This document shows positions 43,125 to 52,996 of a DNA stretch of 64,000 nt, piece after piece; the first letter of the stretch is position 1, and each line of letters begins with the position of its first letter. The DNA lies in the NCBI GenBank assembly GCA_963841735.1, contig CAWJDT010000004.1, positions 160,001-224,000 of the forward strand, in the 5' to 3' direction. The notes under the pieces are model-generated. The model saw only the letters and a program-made list of their open reading frames with translations, was not told the origin of the DNA and did not search any database. The translations under genes and the position numbers were made by a program. The stretch comes from an uncultured Actinomycetes bacterium (GTDB lineage: Bacteria; Actinomycetota; Thermoleophilia; RBG-16-64-13).

Positions 43125-44189
43125 ATGGATATCAGTGACATCCTGAGGGAAGTCGTGGACCGAGATGCATCGGATCTGCATCTTTCTGTAGGATTACCCC
43201 CGGTAGCGCGCATCGACGGCCAGCTGCAAGCCCTCGACTATCCGGTTCTGGAACCCAACACCACCCGGGAGCTCATCTACGGCATCCTCACCGGAGACCA
43301 GAGGCAGAAGCTCGAGACGGACTGGGAGGTTGATCTCGCCTACTCGCTCTTCGGCGTGGCGCGCTTCCGTGTCAATGCTTTCTTCCAGCGGGGTACTTTG
43401 AGCGCGGCGTTCCGGCTGGTGCCCATCGAGATACGACCCGTCGACTCACTCGGTCTGCCGAAGGTTATTCATTCTTTTTGCCACAAGCCTAGGGGGTTCA
43501 TCATCGTGACCGGCCCGACCGGTTCTGGGAAGACGACAACCTTGGCGGCCATCATAGACGAGATCAACCAGACTCGGTCGCATCACATAGTCACCATCGA
43601 GGACCCAATCGAGTTCCTTCATCATCACAAGCGCTGCGTAGTCAACCAGCGAGAGTTGGGCACTGACACCAAGTCATTCCCGGCGGCTCTGCGCGCTGCG
43701 CTCCGCCAGGACCCGGACGTGGTGCTGATTGGCGAGATGCGCGACCAAGAGACCATACAGATTGCCTTGACGGCTGCCGAGACAGGGCACCTGGTCTTTG
43801 CAACCCTGCACACCCAGGACTGCCCGCAGTCCATCGACCGCATAATCGACGTATTCCCGCCGCACCAACAGGAGCAGATCAGGGTTCAGGTAGCAGCCAC
43901 GCTTGAAGGTGTTGTGTCACAACAACTGCTGGCCAAGGCGGGGGGCAAAGGACGAGTAGCTGCCTGCGAAGTTTTAGTCAGCACCCCCGCAGTAAGAAAC
44001 CTCATCCGCGAAGGCAAGACTCACCAGCTGTACACGGTGATGCAGACAGGAAGTCAGCACGGCATGCAGACCATGAACGCTGCCCTTGCCGATCATGTGC
44101 GCCATGGCCGCATCACCAAGGAACTGGCCCTGAGACGCACCATGGTGCCCGACGAGCTCGAACGGCTGCTGCTTGTGGGCGCGGCCTAG
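43125..44189 (+). CDS. pilT: type IV pilus retraction ATPase
   Basis: ASDLHL, GPTGSGKTTT, LRQDPDVVLIGEMRD and AVRNLIRE. Confidence 0.95.
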   Translation: MDISDILREVVDRDASDLHLSVGLPPVARIDGQLQALDYPVLEPNTTRELIYGILTGDQRQKLETDWEVDLAYSLFGVARFRVNAFFQRGTLSAAFRLVPIEIRPVDSLGLPKVIHSFCHKPRGFIIVTGPTGSGKTTTLAAIIDEINQTRSHHIVTIEDPIEFLHHHKRCVVNQRELGTDTKSFPAALRAALRQDPDVVLIGEMRDQETIQIALTAAETGHLVFATLHTQDCPQSIDRIIDVFPPHQQEQIRVQVAATLEGVVSQQLLAKAGGKGRVAACEVLVSTPAVRNLIREGKTHQLYTVMQTGSQHGMQTMNAALADHVRHGRITKELALRRTMVPDELERLLLVGAA

Positions 44190-44236
44190 TCAAGGCCGCC
44201 CCGAAGAGCGGGGGAGAGGACTCTTGGGTTGGTTGC

Positions 44237-44264
44237 TACAGCGCAGAGGGCTTATGGTCGATAA
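44237..44264 (+). promoter_or_regulatory. sigma28/WhiG-like promoter upstream of pilC
   Basis: TACA-N16-GTCGATAA versus the TAAA-N15/16-GCCGATAA consensus, in the pilT-pilC intergenic gap. Confidence 0.55.
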
Positions 44265-44318
44265 TCACTCCAGAGAGGGCCTTTACGCGAAGGCCGGCAC
44301 ATAGGGGAGACAGCAGAG

Positions 44319-45533
44319 ATGGCGACATATTCATATACTGCTAGACGAGATCGCGGAAGTCCGTTTAACGGTAAGGCCTCCGGAGATTCTAAAGCGGCTG
44401 TAGTCGCCGACCTTCGGCGCAAAGGTTTTACCGTCCTCAAGTTGCAGGAGAATCGCAGTTCTTTCGATCTGAAGACGCTCCTTGAGAACAGCACGAAGAT
44501 CAAGACGCGAGACAAGGCTGTATTCGCGCGGCAGTTTGCCACAATGATCAACTCTGGTCTTGCGGTGCTCAGGGCTCTCTACGTGCTTGAGGAGCAGACG
44601 GAAAACCCCCGATTCAAGAAGATCATTGCGGCGGTGCGTGCCGATGTGGAGTCGGGCATGCCGGTCTCCGATTCCATGGAACGACATCCTGCCGCTTTCG
44701 ACCGTCTCTATGTGTCAATGGTGCGTTCGGGCGAGGCCAGCGGCGCCCTCGATCAGTCGCTGGGGCGCCTGGCAACGCAGTTGGAGAAGGATGACAGCAT
44801 TCGCAGGACCATCAAGGCTGCCATGGCCTACCCGGTTCTCATCGCGTGCTTCGCGATCGTGGTCATGATCGCCATGCTGCTATTCATAATCCCGATCTTT
44901 GCAAAGATGTACGCGGATCTCGGTGGACAGTTGCCCTCTCTTACCAGACTGATGATGACTCTCAGCAACATGCTCAAGGGTTACTGGTTTATCGTTTTCC
45001 CCGGCATCGCGGGTGTCATCTGGGGAATCGCCCGCGTTAAGAAGAGCGAGCAGGGCAAGCGGACCTGGGACAGAATGAAACTGAAGCTCCCCATGAAGCT
45101 CGGACCGGTCATACAGAAGATCGCCGTCGCCAGATTCAGCCGGACGTTTGCTACTCTGGTGGGCTCCGGTGTGCCGATACTCCAGGCAATCGAGATCACC
45201 GGCAAGACATCAGGCAATTCTGTCATCGAGGAAGCCATGGTGCAGGTGCGAGAAAGCATCCGCACCGGAGAGTCCATTGCCAAGCCCTTGGGTCGCGTGA
45301 AGGTATTTCCTCCGATGGTCACTCACATGATCTCCATTGGTGAAGAGACAGGTGCACTGGACGCCATGCTCAACAAGGTGGCAGATTTCTATGAAGACGA
45401 AGTCGATGCCCAGATCAAGTCGCTCACTTCAATCATTGAGCCCATAATGATGCTGTTTGTCGGTGGTCTCGTCGGGGTCATCGTTATCTCCATGTATCTG
45501 CCCATGTTTAACATGATGAACCTGGTGAAGTAG
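44319..45533 (+). CDS. pilC: type IV pilus inner-membrane platform protein (GspF family)
   Basis: FARQFATMINSG, GEASGAL, AMAYP, GEETGALD and IEP...YLPMF. Confidence 0.95.
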   Translation: MATYSYTARRDRGSPFNGKASGDSKAAVVADLRRKGFTVLKLQENRSSFDLKTLLENSTKIKTRDKAVFARQFATMINSGLAVLRALYVLEEQTENPRFKKIIAAVRADVESGMPVSDSMERHPAAFDRLYVSMVRSGEASGALDQSLGRLATQLEKDDSIRRTIKAAMAYPVLIACFAIVVMIAMLLFIIPIFAKMYADLGGQLPSLTRLMMTLSNMLKGYWFIVFPGIAGVIWGIARVKKSEQGKRTWDRMKLKLPMKLGPVIQKIAVARFSRTFATLVGSGVPILQAIEITGKTSGNSVIEEAMVQVRESIRTGESIAKPLGRVKVFPPMVTHMISIGEETGALDAMLNKVADFYEDEVDAQIKSLTSIIEPIMMLFVGGLVGVIVISMYLPMFNMMNLVK

Positions 45534-45584
45534 CCAGCGAAGCCTTGACAGGTGGCGACAGCCCCTATGTGCGCACGATGCTCA

Positions 45585-45612
45585 ATGCACGATAATGTGC
45601 ATTATGTCAAGT
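45585..45612 (+). other. chromosome dimer resolution site dif
   Basis: ATGCACGATAA-TGTGCA-TTATGTCAAGT: 11-6-11 layout with a XerD arm matching the actinobacterial dif consensus as I recall it; intergenic at the gene-strand switch. Confidence 0.85.
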
Positions 45613-45618
45613 AAGAGA

Positions 45619-46137
45619 TCAGACGTCGTATGTCAGCAGACTGAAGACTTCATGGCCCTTTAGCTTGTCTCTGCCCCCGAGCTCAGTGAGCTCGACAAGA
45701 AAGGCGAGGCCGGCCACGACACCGCCGGCCTCTTCGACCAGCTGTACCTTCGCTGCAGCCGTGCCGCCGGTAGCCAGTAGGTCATCGTGGATGAGCACGC
45801 GCTGACCGGGCTGGATAGCGTCTGCGTGTATCTCAAGAACATCGGTGCCGTACTCAAGATCGTACTCACAGCGACTTACCGCTCGGGGCAGCTTCCCAGG
45901 CTTGCGGGCGGCAGCGAAGCCTACGCCCAGCGCATACGCCAGGGCGGCCCCCAAGATGAAACCACGAGCCTCTGCGCCAAGAACCAGATCCACACCTTTG
46001 CCCCGTCCGAAGTCCGCCAAGCGGTCCACTGAATACCGCAGTGCAGAAGCGTCCTGCAATAGCGGCGTGATGTCATGAAACAGAATCCCTTCGCGCGGGA
46101 AGCCTGGGATGTGGCGGATATAGCTCTCGAGTTCCAT
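45619..46137 (-). CDS. apt: adenine phosphoribosyltransferase
   Basis: FPREGILFHDITPLL, EARGF, RKPGKLP and DDLLATGGT. Confidence 0.95.
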   Translation of the reverse strand: MELESYIRHIPGFPREGILFHDITPLLQDASALRYSVDRLADFGRGKGVDLVLGAEARGFILGAALAYALGVGFAAARKPGKLPRAVSRCEYDLEYGTDVLEIHADAIQPGQRVLIHDDLLATGGTAAAKVQLVEEAGGVVAGLAFLVELTELGGRDKLKGHEVFSLLTYDV

Positions 46138-46214
46138 CGTGCTCCTTGCAGCAGGTGATTCGCCGTTACGGCGCGGTCTTGAAGCCAAGAGCCATTGTAC
46201 GGCGGACGCCCTAC

Positions 46215-46961
46215 TTACAAAAGCCTACGCAGCTCTCGGTACAGCAACAGATGATTGAGCCGCGAAAAGAGGGAGCCGAGATCCTCAACCATCTGCACCC
46301 CATACTCCTTTTTGTCGGGATGAGTGGAGCGTAGTGAGGTCGTGGCTACTTGCTCCACCAGCCCCGCTTCCCTCTCGGCCGAAGAGCTTAGAAGACGCAG
46401 GTTACGTGGCTCCAAACGGAAACGCCCCAGCAGGTGACAGATGTGCACCGTCTCCAAGTCGCTGGCGGTGAACGCCGGGCCCGAATCGCTCGAGCGTTCT
46501 ACCAGACGGGACTCTTCCAAGCGCACAACAAATTCCTCGTCTACCCCAGCTGCCGCGCATACCTCTACCAGCGAGTACAGCGGCTCCTCGCGCCTCAGAG
46601 GCGCCGAAAAGGGGCCGGGTTCGCCGGTGGTGAGCAAGGGTCGTCCCGCGGTTAGAGCGGCCTTGTCTATGCGCTGCCGTATGACCTCCAAGGGCAGGTA
46701 CTCGTCACGCTGGAGAGAAAGCACCGTACGCAGAGTACGCAGATCGCCAGACGTGTAGCGGCGATAGCGTCCACTGGAGCGAACCGGCGAGACCAGCCCA
46801 CGCTGCTCCAGATAGCGAACCTTCGTTATGGTGAGGTCCGGAAACTCGCTCTGGAGGTCTCGCACTAGACGGCCGATGGTGAAGGTAGCTTCCGCGGCAG
46901 CCGGCGTTCCTTTTGTGCGCCTGGATGACGCTGACGTGCCGGGTGTGTCCATTACGGCCAC
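46215..46961 (-). CDS. MerR-family regulator (actinobacterial FtsR-like)
   Basis: EFPDLTITKVRYLE..GLVSP.R..GRYR.Y and LQRDEYLPLEVI. Confidence 0.85.
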   Translation of the reverse strand: MAVMDTPGTSASSRRTKGTPAAAEATFTIGRLVRDLQSEFPDLTITKVRYLEQRGLVSPVRSSGRYRRYTSGDLRTLRTVLSLQRDEYLPLEVIRQRIDKAALTAGRPLLTTGEPGPFSAPLRREEPLYSLVEVCAAAGVDEEFVVRLEESRLVERSSDSGPAFTASDLETVHICHLLGRFRLEPRNLRLLSSSAEREAGLVEQVATTSLRSTHPDKKEYGVQMVEDLGSLFSRLNHLLLYRELRRLL

Positions 46962-47435
46962 TCACACCCCTTCGGGACGATGCAGAAACTCCAACTTGAA
47001 CTTACCAATCTGCAGCTCGTCGCCATCCATGAGCTGATGTCGCTCGATGCGTTTCCGGTTGACATAGGTGCCGTTCAAGCTGTTGAGGTCCTCCACGAGG
47101 AAGCCGTCGGCATCGACCATTACGCGCGCATGGTGCCTGGATACCGTGACATCGTCAAGAAAGAGGTCGTTCTGCGGACTCCGCCCCACAGTGAAGGCGT
47201 CGCCCAGCAGAGGGGTGATCTCCCCCTCCCTGTCGCCGCCGGAGCGGATGATTAGAAAGGTCCCCGATGTCAGATGGGCGAGATCACGTCTGAGGGAGCC
47301 GGTGTCCTCGCGCTCGCCTAGGGCGAATGCCAGAGTCGTCTCCGCGGCCTCAGGCGGCAACAGGCGGGCGCCACACCGCCGGCAGAAACACGAGTCCCCT
47401 GTGTTATCCACCGCGCAACTAAGGCATTTGATCAT
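46962..47435 (-). CDS. zinc-ribbon + FHA domain protein (GarA/OdhI-like)
   Basis: CxxC...CxxCG, ETT phospho-motif, GR...FLDDVTVSRHHA...SLNGTYVN...QIGKFKL. Confidence 0.9.
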   Translation of the reverse strand: MIKCLSCAVDNTGDSCFCRRCGARLLPPEAAETTLAFALGEREDTGSLRRDLAHLTSGTFLIIRSGGDREGEITPLLGDAFTVGRSPQNDLFLDDVTVSRHHARVMVDADGFLVEDLNSLNGTYVNRKRIERHQLMDGDELQIGKFKLEFLHRPEGV

Positions 47436-47450
47436 TGCTGTAACTCCCCC

Positions 47451-47795
47451 CTATTTCGGCTCACACTCGGATCCACCAGATTTGGTGGCCGAGCGATAAG
47501 TCGCAAACTGCTCGCTAATCTCATGCTCGATCGCCTTGATCACCGCGGGGTTTTGAAGTATCTGCGCCCTACCGACTTCGCTGGTGTGCTCCAGAAGGTA
47601 CCCGTCACTCATGACGTCGTCCACATGTCTGCCCAGACAGACCTGTCTGACGATGTAACGGATGACCCTCTCCCCTCGCACGTCCACCGACAGGTCACGG
47701 AAGCGTTGTTCTATCCTCCGTGCTACAGGTGCTACGTCTTCGCCCACGCGGACCACTACTCCTTCGGCGGCTCCCCATACCCCCCGTGTCCACAA
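47451..47795 (-). CDS. hypothetical protein (start probably ~47746)
   Basis: ORF fills the gap between rsiG and the FHA gene on the same strand. Confidence 0.6.
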   Translation of the reverse strand: MWTRGVWGAAEGVVVRVGEDVAPVARRIEQRFRDLSVDVRGERVIRYIVRQVCLGRHVDDVMSDGYLLEHTSEVGRAQILQNPAVIKAIEHEISEQFATYRSATKSGGSECEPK

Positions 47796-48031
47796 AGAAT
47801 CTCACTGAGCAGTGCCACGTCGCCGTCTTGCACGAGGCCCTTGCCGCCACTACGTTTGTCGCGGAGTCTTCTTACCATCTCTGCTCTCACAATGTCCAGT
47901 TCCCCATGAAGCAATCGCCTACGCATAGAGACCTCTCGCTCTTGTTCGGAGAGTCGCGCGGCGAGCTCTTTGAGCTCCTCGTCGGAATAGGACTGGATGT
48001 TGATCAGACGCTCAAAAGAAGACTCTTCCAT
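47756..48031 (-). CDS. rsiG: RsiG-family c-di-GMP-binding anti-sigma factor, single-motif form
   Basis: LSEQEREVSMRRRLLHGELDIVRAE fits E-X3-S-X2-R-X3-(Q/H)-X3-D once, within a coiled coil. Confidence 0.8.
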   Translation of the reverse strand: MEESSFERLINIQSYSDEELKELAARLSEQEREVSMRRRLLHGELDIVRAEMVRRLRDKRSGGKGLVQDGDVALLSEILCGHGGYGEPPKE

Positions 48032-48145
48032 AGCGGCCCCGCTTTCACAATAGCGGCATATATCGCAACCTTCAAGCTCAGGTTGAGAGCCACACCCTTT
48101 TCGTGACCCGTGTGGGCCACATCTCATGTTTCGCTTGAGAGCGCT

Positions 48146-48529
48146 CTACTCCTCCGCGGCAAGAAATTCGTTGTACTCATCTGCGGCGAGTAGTTCGTCC
48201 GCTTCGGCAGGCTCAGTGAGCCTCACCTTTATGAGCCAACCCTCACCGTAAGGGCTGTCGTTGATGAGCTCCGGAGCGTCCACGACCTCTTCGTTGACCT
48301 CGACGACCGAACCACTCAGGGGTGCATAGACGTCGGAGACGGCCTTCACTGACTCGACCTCGGCGTACGGCGTCCCAGCCAGAACCTCCGCGCCTACCTC
48401 CGGGAGTTCGATGAATACAATGTCACCGAGTGTCTCCTGGGCATAGTCGGTGAGACCGAATACCGCTGTCTCACCCTCGATGCGGGCCCAGTCGTGCTCC
48501 CTGTGGTATTTGAGGTTTTTTGGGTTCAC
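48146..48529 (-). CDS. gcvH: glycine cleavage system H protein
   Basis: GLTDYAQ..LGDIVF, VESVKAVSD lipoyl Lys and INDSPYGEGW. Confidence 0.96.
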   Translation of the reverse strand: MNPKNLKYHREHDWARIEGETAVFGLTDYAQETLGDIVFIELPEVGAEVLAGTPYAEVESVKAVSDVYAPLSGSVVEVNEEVVDAPELINDSPYGEGWLIKVRLTEPAEADELLAADEYNEFLAAEE

Positions 48530-48675
48530 ATGCGCTCCTTTCTCGCCATATCCGGCTGGCCGTCATGATATCACAGCGCTTTTTTGTGGCTAGGTGTCTT
48601 AAGGTGCGCGCACGGAGTCGGTGCCTTGTACCTTGTATACTGTCATGGCAACTAATGAGCCGAAGGAGGACCGCT

Positions 48676-49179
48676 GTGGCTCGACGCAGAGGACTCGTCA
48701 TAAGTGACGAACAGATGCAGATGATCGATGGGGTTCTCACCAAGTTACAGCACGTTACCGGCTCTAACTTCGTGGCGCTGATATCGACGAGTGGCCAGCC
48801 TATCACCATGGTGCCGCCAGACGCTGATTCGGACACGCTTTCGCTTGCCGCCTTGGCGGCGGGGTCGTTTGCCGCCACAAGGCAGCTCGCCCAAGTGCTT
48901 AAGGAGCGCGAGTTCACGTTGCTCTTCCATGAGGGCAAAGAATCCAACCTCCACGTCATGCAAGTGACCGAGCAAATCCTGATGCTCCTCACGTTCGGCC
49001 GCGAGACTCAGGTAGGCCGGGTGCGTCTATACACCTCCCGGGCCCTCGAGGTGCTCAAGCCTATTTTTGAACGTGCCGAAGATAACGAAGGGGACTCCAG
49101 GATGATGGACCCGGAATACTCTCTGGGAGTCGGGTCAGCGATAGACGATCTGTTTCCCGAAGAGGACAGCCCACAGTAG
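48676..49179 (+). CDS. mglB: Roadblock/LC7 protein MglB
   Basis: SLAALAAGSFAATRQLA...EFTLLFHEG..NLH...GRVRL; AGGAGG RBS. Confidence 0.88.
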   Translation: MARRRGLVISDEQMQMIDGVLTKLQHVTGSNFVALISTSGQPITMVPPDADSDTLSLAALAAGSFAATRQLAQVLKEREFTLLFHEGKESNLHVMQVTEQILMLLTFGRETQVGRVRLYTSRALEVLKPIFERAEDNEGDSRMMDPEYSLGVGSAIDDLFPEEDSPQ

Positions 49180-49193
49180 CAGGGGGCGCGCAA

Positions 49194-49778
49194 GTGGCAC
49201 TGATCAACTTAGCGGCACGAGAGATCAATTATAAGATCGTCTACTATGGCTGTGGCCTGTGCGGCAAGACCACGAACATTCAATACATACATCGCCGGGT
49301 CAACCCTGCGGCCCGGGGCCGTTTGGTCAGCATCGCCACCGAGGAAGAACGAACGCTGTATTTTGATTTTCTGCCCCTGTCGCTAGGCAGTGTCAAGGGG
49401 CTGCGCACCCGCTTTCATCTGTACACGGTTCCTGGGCAGTCGTTCTACAACGCTTCTCGAAAGCTGGTGCTCCAAGGAGTAGACGGGGTGGTTTTTGTCG
49501 CCGACAGTCAGATCTCTCGCTTGGACGAGAATGTCGACAGCTATCTCAACCTGTGGGACAACCTCATGTCTCTAGACGAGGAAGTATCCAATCTAGGCAT
49601 GGTTCTGCAGATGAACAAGCGGGATCTAGGTTCGATCTTCTCCGTGTCCGACCTTACCGAACTGCTCAACCACACCGGCTCACCGGTGCTGGAGGCCTGT
49701 GCGCTCACGGGGGTGGGTGTCTTCGAGACACTCAAGACGGTCTGCAAGCAGGTGATTGCAAAGAGTTCGCGTACCTGA
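49194..49778 (+). CDS. mglA: small GTPase MglA
   Basis: KIVYYG.GLCGKTTN, ERTLYFDF, YTVPGQ, GVDGVVFVADS and NKRD. Confidence 0.93.
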   Translation: MALINLAAREINYKIVYYGCGLCGKTTNIQYIHRRVNPAARGRLVSIATEEERTLYFDFLPLSLGSVKGLRTRFHLYTVPGQSFYNASRKLVLQGVDGVVFVADSQISRLDENVDSYLNLWDNLMSLDEEVSNLGMVLQMNKRDLGSIFSVSDLTELLNHTGSPVLEACALTGVGVFETLKTVCKQVIAKSSRT

Positions 49779-49794
49779 CGGCGGGCCGCAGCGG

Positions 49795-52305
49795 CTAGCC
49801 CCGCTCGGCTTCCTTCTGGGCCTCCGCAAGAATCGCTTCGTACTCCTTCGCCAACTCGAGGGCGCGCTTGTCATCGGCGGCTTCAGCGTACACGTGAAAC
49901 ACGGGCTCCTCCGGGTCTGGAAGCACCAGCACCCACTCCGATTGGTCGAGAAACACCTTGATTCCGTCCACCAGGGACACCCGTGCCTGCCCCAGCCTCT
50001 GTGTCAAACGGCGCATCACCGCACCCTTCAGCTCCCACGGGCAGTCGGAGGACAACTGGGCCATGTGCGCCACAGGAATCTTTCGCACCAGTTGCGATAG
50101 GGGCACAGAAGCAACAGACACCAATTCGAGGACCTTGCCAAGAGCGTAGAGACCGTCCATGGAAGCCAGGACCCCGGGATAGATGTATCCACCGTCGATG
50201 CTGGCGGCAAAGATGGTCTTGGGCCTAGCGGCCTCAGCCATCAAGGCCCCGCGCGAGCACTTGCTGCGCCGGATACTGACGCCGGTCGCGGCGACGCTCT
50301 GTTCCGCCAGGCGCGTGGCGTGCAAGGGCAAGGCCGCCACTCCCCCGCCTGCTTCCTTGGCGACGTTCTGAAGAAGCAGCAAGAGCAGGGCCGAGTGAGG
50401 CACCAGGTTACCCTTGTCATCGACCACGTAGAGGTATTCGGCACCGGGGTCGAGGATTGCTCCCAAATCGGCGTCGGTAGCGCGGACAAGGTCGGCCACA
50501 CGGGCGACGGCGGCGGGGACGCTCTCCGCCAGGGTGAAACGGGAACGCACCCGAGAGAAGGTGTTGAGAGCGATTGTCTCCACCCCCAGCTTGTCCAGAG
50601 TGGCAGAGAAGAAGAATGCTGGAGCGGAAGAAGAGTAGTCCAGCACCAGCCGGGGCTGCCGCCCCCTAATGGCCACAGTGTTCCAGTTATCGAGAAGCAG
50701 GCTGGTGTACGTCTCAATGACGCGTGGCGGATAGACCACGTGCCCCATCTCCTCGAAATGAGCCCGGCGGAAATCTTCGCGGAAGTAGATGTTCTCTATG
50801 GCCCGCTCGCGTTTGCTGTCGATAGGAACGCCCGGCGACTCCGAGAAGAGGATCTCCACGTGCTCTGGGTTGTCTAGGCTCATCTGCACGTGAATGCCGC
50901 CCACAGCGTTGCCGCCCTTTACGTCGAAACGATTAACGGCTAGAGGCGCGGTAGTGAGATCACGAACGCAGACTCCGGTTGAGTTGAGGCCGCTGATGAT
51001 GGCGCGTTTGATGACCCGGCAAGCAGAATGAGTGTCGCGGCTGGTCGTGACGAAGGCGCCTTTGGTGACGAGCGACCCGTACGCCATAGCGAGGCGCATG
51101 ACTGTCTCTGGGGTCACGTCCACGTTGGCCAACCCGCGTACCCCGTCACGACCGAACAAGGTACTGGGTCCCCGGGTCTCCCACACGATGGATGAGCGGA
51201 TGGTCGAGCCAGGCTCGATGTTCTTAAAGGGATAGACCTTCACGTTGTTGGCGATCACCGCGTTGCGCCCCACCACTGAGCGGTCGCCCACCACCGCTCC
51301 GTCGGCTATGTGGGCATTCTCGTGGACCTCCACCCCATCCCCCAGAATGGCTCCCTCGACGGTGGCGCCGGAGGCGATGTAGACGTTCTCGCCCAGCACC
51401 GAACCTCCGACATTTGCGCCGGTCCGTACCACGGTGTTGTCTCCCAAGACGGTGTGCGCCAGGACTCGGCCGCCTGCGTCGATGCGAACGTTCGCGCCTA
51501 TCACAGCAGGACCTTCTACGTCGTCTAGGCCTTCAAGGGCAGCTCCCTGGCCTATCCAGATATTGCCGCGCAGCCTGACCCCGGGTGGGGTCAGTTGGAT
51601 CTTACCGTCCAATGCATCGCGATTGGCCTGCAGATACTGTTCGAGGCTCCCGATATCTTGCCAATAGCCCTCGCAGGCTAGGCCGTATAGCGGTTTCTGC
51701 ATTTCGAACAACTTTGGGAAGAGATCGCGACTGAAGTCGTACGGTTGGCCCTCAGGTATGTGGTCGAAGATCTCTGGCTCGCATACGTAGATGCCCGTGT
51801 TCACCGTATCCGAGAAGACTTGACCCCAACCGGGCTTCTCAAGAAACCGCTGGATGCGCCCCTCGTCGTCGACGATGACTACTCCGAACTCGAGGGGATT
51901 GGCGACACTCTTGAGTGCGATGGTAACCATGGCCTGGCGTTCACGATGAAAGGCGATGACGCTGGTTAGATCGAAATCTGTAAGAGCGTCGCCGCTGATG
52001 ACGAGGAATGTCTCGTCTAGGTAGTCTTTGGCCAGCCGAATAGAGCCTGCCGTGCCCGCGGGGATCTCTTCTACCGTGTACTCGATGTGCATACCCATGC
52101 CGCTGCCGTCGCCGAAGTAATTGCGAATATGCCGGGGCAGGAAGGCCAGGGTCATCACGACTTCGTTTATGCCATGGCGCTGGAGCAGTTCGAGGATGTG
52201 CTGCGCCGTTGGTTTGTTCACCACAGGCACCATGGGTTTGGGCTGATTGGAGGTCAGCGGCCGCAGACGTGTACCCTGACCTCCTGCCATGACGACTGCC
52301 TTCAC
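49795..52305 (-). CDS. mannose-1-phosphate guanylyltransferase / phosphomannomutase fusion
   Basis: [29 protein letters not shown], hexapeptide repeats, then LFGRDGVRG phosphohexomutase domain. Confidence 0.9.
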   Translation of the reverse strand: MKAVVMAGGQGTRLRPLTSNQPKPMVPVVNKPTAQHILELLQRHGINEVVMTLAFLPRHIRNYFGDGSGMGMHIEYTVEEIPAGTAGSIRLAKDYLDETFLVISGDALTDFDLTSVIAFHRERQAMVTIALKSVANPLEFGVVIVDDEGRIQRFLEKPGWGQVFSDTVNTGIYVCEPEIFDHIPEGQPYDFSRDLFPKLFEMQKPLYGLACEGYWQDIGSLEQYLQANRDALDGKIQLTPPGVRLRGNIWIGQGAALEGLDDVEGPAVIGANVRIDAGGRVLAHTVLGDNTVVRTGANVGGSVLGENVYIASGATVEGAILGDGVEVHENAHIADGAVVGDRSVVGRNAVIANNVKVYPFKNIEPGSTIRSSIVWETRGPSTLFGRDGVRGLANVDVTPETVMRLAMAYGSLVTKGAFVTTSRDTHSACRVIKRAIISGLNSTGVCVRDLTTAPLAVNRFDVKGGNAVGGIHVQMSLDNPEHVEILFSESPGVPIDSKRERAIENIYFREDFRRAHFEEMGHVVYPPRVIETYTSLLLDNWNTVAIRGRQPRLVLDYSSSAPAFFFSATLDKLGVETIALNTFSRVRSRFTLAESVPAAVARVADLVRATDADLGAILDPGAEYLYVVDDKGNLVPHSALLLLLLQNVAKEAGGGVAALPLHATRLAEQSVAATGVSIRRSKCSRGALMAEAARPKTIFAASIDGGYIYPGVLASMDGLYALGKVLELVSVASVPLSQLVRKIPVAHMAQLSSDCPWELKGAVMRRLTQRLGQARVSLVDGIKVFLDQSEWVLVLPDPEEPVFHVYAEAADDKRALELAKEYEAILAEAQKEAERG

Positions 52306-52429
52306 GGGTACCTCCCGACGGGAAACTCCACTACGACACTACCAGTGGTACCCTACCCGTTTTGGAAGACAATGAGAAGTGGGCGCTGCCAAGCGTCCTC
52401 CCCCTTAGCAAAATCGGCGCCACCCATCA

Positions 52430-52477
52430 AAGTCGGGACGGCCGGATTTGAACCGGCGACCTTCCGGCCCCCAGCCG
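52430..52477. repeat. att core repeat (duplicated 3' part of tRNA-Pro)
   Basis: AAGTCGGGACGGCCGGATTTGAACCGGCGACCTTCCGGCCCCCAGCCG, identical to 60196-60243. Confidence 0.95.
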
Positions 52478-52604
52478 CTTACAGGCCGATTCTGGCCATT
52501 TTAGCCTGTCGGAGGCTGTCTCCCAAAAGACGCGGTTTGCAGGGCTTTGCTGCCGTGAGCGCCGACAGGCTGAGACAGGCAGTAACACCTGTGCGGGACT
52601 TTTC

Positions 52605-52626
52605 GTGGAACATTCGTGGAACATGG
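52605..52626. repeat. putative integrase arm-type sites (left)
   Basis: GTGGAACATTCGTGGAACATGG (tandem GTGGAACAT), identical to 60120-60141. Confidence 0.75.
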
Positions 52627-52690
52627 AGCCGCTCGCCTCGCTTGGCCACGTAGCCCGTGCCCGAACCCAGGGAAGCCCGATCTTGCGGGC

Positions 52691-52719
52691 TTGCTTTCTG
52701 GTATACCTCCGAGTATGCT
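52691..52719 (+). promoter_or_regulatory. sigma70-type promoter for the accessory two-gene operon
   Basis: TTGCTT-N17-TATGCT, ~40 nt upstream of ATG 52760. Confidence 0.55.
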
Positions 52720-52759
52720 TTGCAGTGTCACTTCCAGCATCACTAGAGGGGCGGCAGAC

Positions 52760-52996
52760 ATGACCGATCTTGAGAAGGTGCGCGAGAATCGACTCCGGCG
52801 CATGGCCGCTCGGCAGGGGCTCATGCTCCGCAAGTCGCGACGCCGCGATCCCTACGCGCTCGACTACGGCACGTATCAGCTCGTTGATATGTCCACCAAC
52901 ATCCTCATTCAATGGGAAGGCATCGCCTACCCCGGCTGGAGCCTTGACGAAGTCGAGGAGTGGCTAACCAGGGACCATGATGCGAGGAAAGCATGA
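52760..52996 (+). CDS. small Arg-rich hypothetical protein (78 aa)
   Basis: GAGGGG RBS; MTDLEKVRENRLRRMAARQGLMLRKSRRRDP...; ATGA overlap with the next gene. Confidence 0.75.
   Translation: MTDLEKVRENRLRRMAARQGLMLRKSRRRDPYALDYGTYQLVDMSTNILIQWEGIAYPGWSLDEVEEWLTRDHDARKA

Noticed and set aside
52430-52477. Second tRNA-Pro gene
   Set aside because: Only the 3' portion is present, without the D-arm or 5' acceptor strand; it is the att duplicate.
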